Assembly (NCBI GenBank): GCA_026989455.1
Contig: JALSJH010000060.1
Span: 695-64,694, forward strand
Length of the DNA stretch: 64,000 nt
Direction of reading: 5' to 3'
Source of the DNA: Chromatiales bacterium
Lineage (GTDB): Bacteria > Pseudomonadota > Gammaproteobacteria > RBG-16-57-12
Positions 43,864-52,079 of the stretch are shown piece after piece. The notes under the pieces are model-generated. The model saw only the letters and a list, made by a program, of their open reading frames with translations. It had not been told where the DNA came from and searched no databases. Every line of letters begins with the position of its first letter. The first letter of the stretch is position 1. A program made the position numbers and the translations under genes.

Positions 43864-46485
43864 ATGTCACGCCCTTTCATTATTTCCACACCGATGTTGA
43901 GTTTGATTGCGGCGCTAGTTTTAAGCGGCTGCTCTAGCGAACCCGCTCCTCAGGAGAACCCTGACAATCAAATGGCTCAAGTACATGTTCAGATCGGAGG
44001 TGAGCCGCAAGCCTCACCCCGTGTATTAAAACAGCACTCCGCAAGCAACGGCATTCCTGCTGAGGTAAGTAAAATTGTCATCGAGGTGCTGGACAGCAGA
44101 GGACGGCACCTAGATTCGGCAGACTTACTACTAACGGGTAGCGTCACGCTCACTATTCCGGCGGGTAAAAACTATACAATTAATGGCCGAGCCATGGCGG
44201 GAAGTGAGCTGCTGTTTTCAGCCTCTACCTTGTTGGCGACTATTGGTGCTGGGAGCCAAGTATCGGTTAGTTTGAGTTTGGAAGAGCAAGTCGCCTTGAG
44301 TATCTCTTCTTTTGGCGATCAGAATATCGGCGCGACATCAGTCGAGGTCAGCTACAGTGTTGATGGCTTAAACAATACAAATATGACTTGGCTCGTCAAT
44401 AATATTGAAGGAGGTAATGCAGAAATTGGTACTATTAATACCAACGGCCACTACACCCCTCCAACCACACTGCCAAGCAACCCTATAATCACCTTAACTG
44501 CCGTGCCGATTGTTGCGCCTTCGTTTGCTCAGTCGATATCCTTCACGTTATTACCACCCGCCAATCAAGCCCCTATCGCTATTGCTGGGAGTGATCAAAC
44601 CGTCACAGCCAATGCCACAGTCAATCTGGACGGTAGCGCCAGCAGTGATGCCGATGATGGCATCGCGAGCTATCAATGGCAGCTTGTCGGGGGCGATTTT
44701 TCGCCAACCTTGTTAAATGCCAATAGTGCTATCGCCTTCTTCACCGCCCCCACCAGCCAATATGGGGGCAGCGTGACATTACAATTAAACGTGACCGATA
44801 ACAGTGGGGATTCTCATTCAGATAATGTAATCATTACGATCACTGGCACGGACCAGCCCTTAAGTGCCGATGCGGGTGCCGATCAAGTGGTTGATGAAAA
44901 TACACTCGTCACCCTCGATGGCTCTGCCAGTACCGACCCAGACAACACCATCGTTCAATACCGATGGGAAGAGCTCTCTGACAGCGGTGTTGTTTTATCT
45001 AATGCGAATACACAACAAGCCACCTTTACCGCGCCCGCAATCACAGTCAGCACAGCACTGCAGTTTCGCCTTACGATTACAAATGATCATGGTGAAGAGG
45101 CACAAGCAGTTGTTAATATCTCGATAAGTAGTGTTGCACTGATAACCGATAAAATTTTCTTCGCCGCCTCTACCAATCTCAGTTCATATTCACTCTGGGT
45201 AACCGATGGCACCGAGGCCAATACACAGCAGGTCTCTACAGTGAATGTCAGTAACTTCGATTTCCCTCAATTTATTAACTACAATGGATTTCTCTATTTT
45301 GAAGGCTCTGAAGCATCAACCGGGCGTGAGTTGTGGCGTAGCGATGGCACACTCAGTGGCACCCAGCTTATTCCAACCGCTGACGACACCGCCTATAGTG
45401 CGTTAGGTGCCAGTGCCTCCGTATACCCGAGTAGCCTGACGCTGATAGGTGATCATATTTTGTATGGTGCCAACACCTCATATAACACTTTTTACAGTTC
45501 TGAGTTTATCTCACTCGATACGAACAATTTAAGTCTCAGCAGCGTATTTCCCAATGGTCGTCCAACAACCGGAAATGGGGCGATCAACCACACCGGGGTG
45601 ATGGCTGGCTACACCTATTTCCACCATGTGGTATATACACCCAGCATCTCATCCAGCTTATACCGAACTGATGGTCTCAATCCGGCTCAGCTGGTTAAAT
45701 CTAGCGATGTACTTTATTCACACGTGCATGATTTTGTAGAGATGAACGGCCAACTCTATTTTTCCTGGGGCTTCAATGAGCTATGGAAAACCGACGGTAC
45801 TGAGGCGGGAACTGTGTTAATCAAAGCATTCAGTGGCCACATTGGGCACTCCTCATCCTATTCTGGCCAACGAAATATGGTCGCCTTAGGTAATCAACTG
45901 ATTTTTGTTGCTGATGATGGTCAAGGCCGGGAGCTGTGGCGTAGTGACGGTACCACCGCAGGAACAGTGTTAGTAAAAGACCTCGATAACACGATAGCCT
46001 CAACAAACCCAACCGAATTCACACTGATGAATAACGAGCTATTTTTCATTAGTGCCGCCGGTAATGCCAGTACCGATGGACTATGGAAAACCGATGGTAC
46101 AAGCTCAGGCACCACCCGATTATCTGCTGTTCGCCCTGCTTTTGATGGCTATTATACCGGCATAGGAAGCGCCCAACCTGTGGTAGTTAGTGCGCTGAAC
46201 CGACTCTTTTTTGCGGCGGATAATGGCAGCTCTGGCATGGAGCTTTGGACCTCAGATGGTACTATCTCAGGCACGGTTCAGGTCTTAGATATCCGCACCG
46301 GTGCCGCTAGCAGCTCGCCTGCTATGTTTCATGCGGGCAGTCAGTTTCTTCTCTTTATCGCCGAAGACGATGATGGCCGAGCCAAACTGTGGCGCTCAGA
46401 CGGTACACCCGGCGGCACCACGCTGATTAAAGATATTAATCCCAACGGCTTTGGCAGAGGCGCATTTTTCCCTTTCGCGGGCTAA
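43864..46485 (+). CDS. Surface lipoprotein with two PKD-like domains and eight ELWxxDGT repeats
   Basis: 873 aa with lipobox LVLSGC|SS. Two approx. 95-aa PKD-like units (..AGSDQTVTANATVNLDGSASSDADDGIASYQWQ.. and ..AGADQVVDENTLVTLDGSASTDPDNTIVQYRWE..). Then SLWVTDGT, ELWRSDGT, SLYRTDGL, ELWKTDGT, ELWRSDGT, GLWKTDGT, ELWTSDGT, KLWRSDGT. Confidence 0.8.
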   Translation: MSRPFIISTPMLSLIAALVLSGCSSEPAPQENPDNQMAQVHVQIGGEPQASPRVLKQHSASNGIPAEVSKIVIEVLDSRGRHLDSADLLLTGSVTLTIPAGKNYTINGRAMAGSELLFSASTLLATIGAGSQVSVSLSLEEQVALSISSFGDQNIGATSVEVSYSVDGLNNTNMTWLVNNIEGGNAEIGTINTNGHYTPPTTLPSNPIITLTAVPIVAPSFAQSISFTLLPPANQAPIAIAGSDQTVTANATVNLDGSASSDADDGIASYQWQLVGGDFSPTLLNANSAIAFFTAPTSQYGGSVTLQLNVTDNSGDSHSDNVIITITGTDQPLSADAGADQVVDENTLVTLDGSASTDPDNTIVQYRWEELSDSGVVLSNANTQQATFTAPAITVSTALQFRLTITNDHGEEAQAVVNISISSVALITDKIFFAASTNLSSYSLWVTDGTEANTQQVSTVNVSNFDFPQFINYNGFLYFEGSEASTGRELWRSDGTLSGTQLIPTADDTAYSALGASASVYPSSLTLIGDHILYGANTSYNTFYSSEFISLDTNNLSLSSVFPNGRPTTGNGAINHTGVMAGYTYFHHVVYTPSISSSLYRTDGLNPAQLVKSSDVLYSHVHDFVEMNGQLYFSWGFNELWKTDGTEAGTVLIKAFSGHIGHSSSYSGQRNMVALGNQLIFVADDGQGRELWRSDGTTAGTVLVKDLDNTIASTNPTEFTLMNNELFFISAAGNASTDGLWKTDGTSSGTTRLSAVRPAFDGYYTGIGSAQPVVVSALNRLFFAADNGSSGMELWTSDGTISGTVQVLDIRTGAASSSPAMFHAGSQFLLFIAEDDDGRAKLWRSDGTPGGTTLIKDINPNGFGRGAFFPFAG

Positions 46486-46746
46486 TGAAGCTCTGATCAA
46501 GCCTTGAGTGTTTTATGCTGACAGAAGGGCAAACTCGACTCGTGACACCTCTTATCCCAGATATTTTATAAATTATCCGCGATAAGAACTGTGTCGAAAA
46601 ACATTACACTCAACCATCCCCCCAAAAACAGATCTATTCATTTTCATATATTTCAATCAGTTATAATCTGGCCTGATAAATGCCTCACTAATTTAAGTGT
46701 AAAAGATAATCAAATTAGTTGGTTTAACTTGGGGGAGATCACTCGA

Positions 46747-47385
46747 ATGAAAAAATTATTACAAAATATTGCACTATTTTCAGCATTAGCTATCGGCGGT
46801 ACTGCCAATGTACTCGCAATGCCCATCGTTGATCAGTCACAAGCGACAACCAATGGGGGGGTTGCTTTCTGGAGTGACCTGCAACAGGCACAAACCTTCA
46901 CCGCTGGCATTACAGGCCAACTGACACAGCTTGATGTGCCACTGGGTCTCAATCGGGGTACTGGCTTCACGGGCAATGAAACCGCATATATCTCACTGGT
47001 AGAGTGGGGCACTAATGCACCCGGCACTGTTCTGGGAAATACCAGCATTCTACTCAGCAGTGCATCCACACTGCAATCTCTGGATCTTACCTCTGAAAAT
47101 ATATTTCTAACTGCCGGTTCGATGTACGCCTTCGTACTCAGTAATGATTTGACCTATATCAGCCTGCCCGACCCATACCGAAATACTGGCATTCGAGTTC
47201 AGTGGGATGCGGATTCATACACCGGTGGCAGCTTATGGACCCATTACAGCAGTGGCTGGGCAGAGCGCTCCGGGGTAGATACTGTGTTCACAACCTATGT
47301 TAATGCCGTCCCTGCGCCCTCTGTTCTATTCCTTCTGGCGGGCGGTTTGGCAGGGCTTACCTACTTTAGAAGGAAGCTGGCTTAA
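46747..47385 (+). CDS. PEP-CTERM-anchored secreted protein
   Basis: 212 aa from ATG 46747, with a GGGGGAG SD upstream; the track start at 46591 adds 52 non-signal residues. Signal peptide MKKLLQNIALFSALAIGGTANVLA. C-terminal VPAPSVLFLLAGGLAGLTYFRRKLA matches a PEP-CTERM sorting signal (VPxP + TM + RRK). Confidence 0.75.
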   Translation: MKKLLQNIALFSALAIGGTANVLAMPIVDQSQATTNGGVAFWSDLQQAQTFTAGITGQLTQLDVPLGLNRGTGFTGNETAYISLVEWGTNAPGTVLGNTSILLSSASTLQSLDLTSENIFLTAGSMYAFVLSNDLTYISLPDPYRNTGIRVQWDADSYTGGSLWTHYSSGWAERSGVDTVFTTYVNAVPAPSVLFLLAGGLAGLTYFRRKLA

Positions 47386-47407
47386 GCTCTTCAGTTTTCG
47401 GCTATTC

Positions 47408-47441
47408 AACCCTCAAGGCTTATCGCCTTGAGGGTTTTTTT
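47408..47441 (+). terminator. Rho-independent terminator after the PEP-CTERM gene
   Basis: aaccctcaaggc (47408-47419) pairs with gccttgagggtt (47425-47436): a 12-bp stem and 5-nt loop, followed by a T-run up to 47441. Confidence 0.8.
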
Positions 47442-47502
47442 GTGGGTGACAAACCCGCGCAAAATCTCTCCATTTATCCATTAAACAGGGTAAAATGGCT
47501 GA

Positions 47503-48201
47503 ATGAATTCACCCCACCGCTATAATCAAACCGAGCGCAACGCCATCGACAAAGTGATTCAGGAGCGGCGTGACATGCGCCACTTCAATCGTAACCCTGT
47601 TGATGCTCAGCAACTTATCCATATTCTCGATGCGGCACATCACGCGCCCAGCGTTGGTTTGATGCAGCCGTGGCGTTTTCTGCGCATCACTAATACGGCA
47701 CTGCGCCAACAGATTCAGCAACTGGTGGAAGAGGAGAGACAGCAGACCGCCGCCGCTCTTGGTGAGCGTCAGGAGGAGTTTTTACGTCTTAAAGTGGAGG
47801 GTATTATAGATGCCGCAGAGCTGTTAGTGGTATCACTCATGCCCGAACGTGAACAACATATTTTTGGCCGCCGCACCCTGCCCGAGATGGATCTTGCCTC
47901 GGTCGCCTGTGCCATTCAAAACATGTGGCTTACCGCACGCGCCGAAGGGCTGGGGCTTGGCTGGGTCTCACTGTTTGACCCACACACCTTGGCCGAGTTA
48001 CTGAAAATACCGGAGGGTGGCAAGCCAATCGCCATTCTCTGTATTGGCCATGTAGATACCTTTTATGAGCGGCCCATGCTTGAGCAACTCAACTGGCGGC
48101 AAGGTGAGCCGTTACAACAACACCTGTTTGAAAATAGCTGGGGCAGCCCCTCGCCACTACTGAACAAACAGCATGAAGAGTCTGAACCTCCATCATGCTG
48201 A
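47503..48201 (+). CDS. bluB: 5,6-dimethylbenzimidazole synthase (nitroreductase-fold BluB)
   Basis: 232 aa with a nitroreductase-family core (RRDMRHF...APSVGLMQPWRF...GLGLGWVS). Leads a cobalamin lower-ligand/nucleotide-loop operon. Confidence 0.75.
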   Translation: MNSPHRYNQTERNAIDKVIQERRDMRHFNRNPVDAQQLIHILDAAHHAPSVGLMQPWRFLRITNTALRQQIQQLVEEERQQTAAALGERQEEFLRLKVEGIIDAAELLVVSLMPEREQHIFGRRTLPEMDLASVACAIQNMWLTARAEGLGLGWVSLFDPHTLAELLKIPEGGKPIAILCIGHVDTFYERPMLEQLNWRQGEPLQQHLFENSWGSPSPLLNKQHEESEPPSC

Positions 48202-49124
48202 CCACGCTGCTGGTCATCTTTGCTGCCCTGTTAATGGATCGTCAACTGGGTGAACCCAAGCGTTTTCACCCCTTGGTCGGTTTTGGTTCGCTGGCAACCG
48301 TGCTAGAGAAAATCGGCAACAAAAAACAGCACACCCCCCGCCAGCAAGTTGGCCTAGGTCTGCTTGCCCTGATACTCCTGTGCGGCGGAGTGGCTGCCTT
48401 GTTCAGCACCACCTACTTGAGCCCCTATGCTGTTATATTTGAAATAGTCATTCTCTACCTCGCCATTGCCCCGCGTAGCCTCAATGAACATGCGCTGGCG
48501 GTGCACACTGCACTCCAGGATAACAACATTGAGTTGGCCCGCAGTCGGGTCGGTTACATGGTCAGCCGTCACACCCAACAGATGGATGAGCAGCAGATCA
48601 GCCGGGCGGCCATTGAATCCACACTGGAGAATGGTAACGATGCCATTTTCGGCGCACTGTTCTGGTTTATCGTCGCGGGCATCCCCGGCGTGGTAGTCTA
48701 TCGACTGGTAAATACCCTGGATGCCATGTGGGGCTACCGTACAGCGCGCTATGAATATTTTGGAAAAAGCGCTGCTCACTTGGATGACCTTCTTAACTAC
48801 ATTCCTGCCCGCCTCACCGCCTTCAGCTATGCACTCTGCGGCCACTTTTCAAAAGCGATACAGTGCTGGAAAAAACAGGCACACCAACTCGCAAGCCCCA
48901 ACGGTGGCCCAGTGATGAGCGCCGGTGCCGGTGCATTGCAATGCAGACTGGGAGGGGCGGTTATTTATCACGGCCAACTCACTGAACGCCCCCAGTTTGG
49001 CTGCGACAGAGCACCTCAGGGAGTCGATATTCAACGGGCAACCGCACTGATAGAGCGCACCCTTTGCCTCTGGCTGGCTCTGCTAACCCTGGCCGCAATG
49101 ATTGGAACCCTGAGCCATGCTTGA
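48195..49124 (+). CDS. cbiB: Adenosylcobinamide-phosphate synthase (CbiB; CobD in Pseudomonas nomenclature)
   Basis: 309-aa membrane protein with DR.LGEP..FHPL near the N-terminus and NTLDAMWGY. Confidence 0.85.
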   Translation: MLTTLLVIFAALLMDRQLGEPKRFHPLVGFGSLATVLEKIGNKKQHTPRQQVGLGLLALILLCGGVAALFSTTYLSPYAVIFEIVILYLAIAPRSLNEHALAVHTALQDNNIELARSRVGYMVSRHTQQMDEQQISRAAIESTLENGNDAIFGALFWFIVAGIPGVVVYRLVNTLDAMWGYRTARYEYFGKSAAHLDDLLNYIPARLTAFSYALCGHFSKAIQCWKKQAHQLASPNGGPVMSAGAGALQCRLGGAVIYHGQLTERPQFGCDRAPQGVDIQRATALIERTLCLWLALLTLAAMIGTLSHA

Positions 49125-50130
49125 ACATGGAGGCAAGCTGCGCGCTGCCGCACAACAGTACAATATTCCACTACCACAGTGGCTGGATCTCTCCACCGGC
49201 ATTAATCCTAACCCGTGGCCGATCCCAGCCATTCCCGAATCAGCCTGGTCACGGCTACCCGAAGATGATGATGGCCTGCTAGAGACTGCAAAACACTATT
49301 ATGGAGCACCTAATCTGTTAGCCGTCGCTGGTTCACAAATGGCGATTCAGGCGCTACCTCGACTACGAAAAACAAGCCAAGTGGCGATGCTGCACCCCAG
49401 CTACAATGAGCACCACCATGCGTGGCAAAACAATGGCCACCAGGTGATGTCGATTGAGGCGGATCAAATTAATACTCACATTGATCAACTCGAGGTATTG
49501 CTGCTGGTCAACCCGAACAACCCCACCGCACAGCGCTTCGATGAGCAGCAGTTACTCACCTGGCACCAGCGACTACAACAGCGTGGCGGCTGGTTGATTG
49601 TGGATGAAGCCTTCCTCGACTGCACACCACAGCACTCCATCGCCCGGCACAGCCATCTACCGGGGTTAATTGTACTGCGTTCGGTGGGTAAGTTTTTTGC
49701 TCTGGCCGGTGCACGCATCGGTTTCGTCTGCGCCACTGAGGAGATCCTACAGCCACTGGCAGAGCTGATTGGCCCCTGGGTACTTTCCGGCCCGGCCCGC
49801 CACGTTGCCAAAGCTGTTTTGTCCGATCACCCACAACAGCAACAGGTTCGCCAACAGTTGAAGTTGCAAGGCGAACGACTCACGCAACTACTTAGCCAGC
49901 ACCACCTGACACCCACTGGCTCTACCCCACTCTTTAGCTGGATTAAAACCACACACGCCGAAAAACTGCACCAGCAACTGGCAGCCGAGGGCATTCTCAC
50001 CCGACTCTTCAATGACCCGCCGAGCATTCGTTTTGGCCTGCCCAAAAGCGAACCACAGTGGCAACGGTTAGCAGAAGCACTCAGCAAACTCACTATAAAG
50101 ACAGCCCGACAACCTAGGCAACCATCATGA
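49117..50130 (+). CDS. cobD: L-threonine-O-3-phosphate decarboxylase (class I/II aminotransferase fold; CobD in Salmonella, CobC in Pseudomonas)
   Basis: 337 aa, HGG near the N-terminus (MLEHGGKL), NPNNPT, and the PLP-lysine context [15 protein letters not shown]. Sits between cbiB and cobQ with 8-nt and 4-nt overlaps. Confidence 0.75.
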   Translation: MLEHGGKLRAAAQQYNIPLPQWLDLSTGINPNPWPIPAIPESAWSRLPEDDDGLLETAKHYYGAPNLLAVAGSQMAIQALPRLRKTSQVAMLHPSYNEHHHAWQNNGHQVMSIEADQINTHIDQLEVLLLVNPNNPTAQRFDEQQLLTWHQRLQQRGGWLIVDEAFLDCTPQHSIARHSHLPGLIVLRSVGKFFALAGARIGFVCATEEILQPLAELIGPWVLSGPARHVAKAVLSDHPQQQQVRQQLKLQGERLTQLLSQHHLTPTGSTPLFSWIKTTHAEKLHQQLAAEGILTRLFNDPPSIRFGLPKSEPQWQRLAEALSKLTIKTARQPRQPS

Positions 50131-51569
50131 GTACCTTAATGGTGCAAGGCACCACCTCCGATGCCGGTAAAAGCGCCCTGGTCACCGGCATCTGCCGGGT
50201 GCTGCATCGCCGTGGTATCAAGGTTGCTCCATTTAAGCCGCAAAATATGGCGCTTAACAGTGCTGTCACCGCTGAGGGTGGTGAAATTGGACGCGCCCAA
50301 GCCCTACAGGCACAAGCTTGTGGCCTGCAACCACACACCGACATGAACCCGGTACTGCTAAAACCCAATAGCGATACCGGCTGTCAGGTGATCATCCATG
50401 GCAAAGCACTCAACAACATGAAAGCGCAGGAGTATCACCACTACAAAAGCAGCGCAATGCGCGCCGTATTGGCCTCCCACCAACGGCTTAAACAGCAATA
50501 TGAGAGGGTGATCGTCGAAGGCGCTGGTAGCCCTGCTGAAATCAACTTGCGGGAGAATGATATTGCCAACATGGGGTTTGCAGAAGCGGTAGATTGCCCG
50601 GTGATTATTGTTGCCGATATCGACCGGGGGGGTGTTTTTGCCCACTTGGTCGGCACCTTGGCGCTGCTCAGCGAATCAGAACAAAACCGAGTAAAGGGCT
50701 TTGTCATTAATCGTTTTCGGGGCGACATCTCGCTGCTACAGCCCGGACTCGACTGGCTGGAAAAGCGGACCGGAAAACCAGTACTCGGCACCCTGCCCTA
50801 CCTGCACGGCCTGCACCTGGAAGCTGAAGATGCCATCAACACCCAAAGTAGCAGTCGCGTGGCAACACCCCTAAAAGTAGTCATCCCCACACTGCCACGC
50901 ATCAGCAACCATACCGACTTTGACCCACTGCGCTTGCATCCTCAAGTTGCATTGCACTTCGTCGCCCCCGGCGAAACGCCACCTCCTGCCGACTTGGTGA
51001 TTCTTCCCGGCTCAAAAAATGTGGCAGCAGACCTCGAGTGGCTACGCCAGCAAGGGTGGGAGAAACATCTGCAACAACACCTGCGCTATGGGGGGAAACT
51101 ACTGGGTATCTGTGGTGGTTATCAGATGCTCGGCACCCATATAGATGACCCGGATGGCATCGAAAGCAAACAACAACAGAGCTTAGGGCTGGGGTTATTA
51201 GACTTCTCCACCACCCTAAAACCCCATAAAAAACTGCTGCGTAGCACTGGCAGGCTCAACTTTGGCAACACCCACATCAGCGGCTACCAGATTCACGCAG
51301 GAGAAAGCCAAGGCCCGGCGCTACAACGGCCACTGATGATCCTGGATGGAGAAGAGGAGGGTGTGATTTCCGACGACAAGCAGATTATCGGCAGTTATCT
51401 ACACGGGCTATTTGAACAGAGCGAAGCGTGCCAGGCGCTCCTACAGTGGGCCGGGCTATCGAATGCAGAACCGATCGATTATATCGCCCTGCGTGAAGCG
51501 GGCATTGAGCGTATGGCAGATAGTGTAGAAAAACATATGAACATTGAAGAGCTGATGAAGCTACTCTAA
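50127..51569 (+). CDS. cobQ: Cobyric acid synthase
   Basis: 480 aa with P-loop-like GTTSDAGKS and a GATase-3 C-terminal domain ([10 protein letters not shown] near the C-terminus). Confidence 0.9.
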   Translation: MSTLMVQGTTSDAGKSALVTGICRVLHRRGIKVAPFKPQNMALNSAVTAEGGEIGRAQALQAQACGLQPHTDMNPVLLKPNSDTGCQVIIHGKALNNMKAQEYHHYKSSAMRAVLASHQRLKQQYERVIVEGAGSPAEINLRENDIANMGFAEAVDCPVIIVADIDRGGVFAHLVGTLALLSESEQNRVKGFVINRFRGDISLLQPGLDWLEKRTGKPVLGTLPYLHGLHLEAEDAINTQSSSRVATPLKVVIPTLPRISNHTDFDPLRLHPQVALHFVAPGETPPPADLVILPGSKNVAADLEWLRQQGWEKHLQQHLRYGGKLLGICGGYQMLGTHIDDPDGIESKQQQSLGLGLLDFSTTLKPHKKLLRSTGRLNFGNTHISGYQIHAGESQGPALQRPLMILDGEEEGVISDDKQIIGSYLHGLFEQSEACQALLQWAGLSNAEPIDYIALREAGIERMADSVEKHMNIEELMKLL

Positions 51570-51653
51570 ACCTTATGATATTTTTGCGGAGATTTCAGTA
51601 CACACTCACGATTTCAGCCAGAATAAGGCATTTATGACTTAATCAGAGCTTCC

Positions 51654-52079
51654 CTAAGGAACCTTCCAGAAACGCTGCATTTCAACGTACATAAATGAAG
51701 CGGTCCATGCAATCAGTACTAACCCCAACAGGGCTTCAACCCCGGCAACATAACGGAGTGTTCCCATGGGGATAATATCGCCAAAACCGAGAGAAGTGTA
51801 GCTTGAAAAGGAGAAGTAGATGCAGTCGCTGAGGGTGCCTGAAACAGAACCCACCAATTCACCATACTGCTCACTTTTACCTAAAAAATAGTAGGCAAAA
51901 GCGAACACTAATACTTCCAGAACATGGGCTGTTAGTGCGCCCACTAAGCCGATTACGATGCGTAGTCTTGGTAGTATGTGAATGTGTTTCATTACCATGG
52001 AGAGACGCAGCAGCGCTTCGTAATGAATCAGTATGGAGAGTGTTACTAGGCCAAGAATAATAAAGGTGGAGATTAACAA
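51654..52079 (-). CDS. Mini potassium-channel-family protein (Ion_trans_2; pore loop TSLGFGD)
   Basis: 141 aa if the TTG at 52079 is used, which overlaps the upstream stop by 7 nt, or 114 aa from ATG 51998. TM - pore helix - YTSLGFGDI filter - TM. Confidence 0.7.
   Translation of the reverse strand: MLISTFIILGLVTLSILIHYEALLRLSMVMKHIHILPRLRIVIGLVGALTAHVLEVLVFAFAYYFLGKSEQYGELVGSVSGTLSDCIYFSFSSYTSLGFGDIIPMGTLRYVAGVEALLGLVLIAWTASFMYVEMQRFWKVP

Noticed and set aside
25801-47441. The surface-protein island as a prophage, integrative element or defence island
   Set aside because: There is no integrase, transposase, tRNA target, direct-repeat boundary, nuclease, helicase or methylase gene, and no obvious compositional shift by eye.
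47386-47502. Possible cobalamin riboswitch upstream of bluB
   Set aside because: The interval is too short, is largely taken up by a terminator hairpin, and shows no B12-box-like core.
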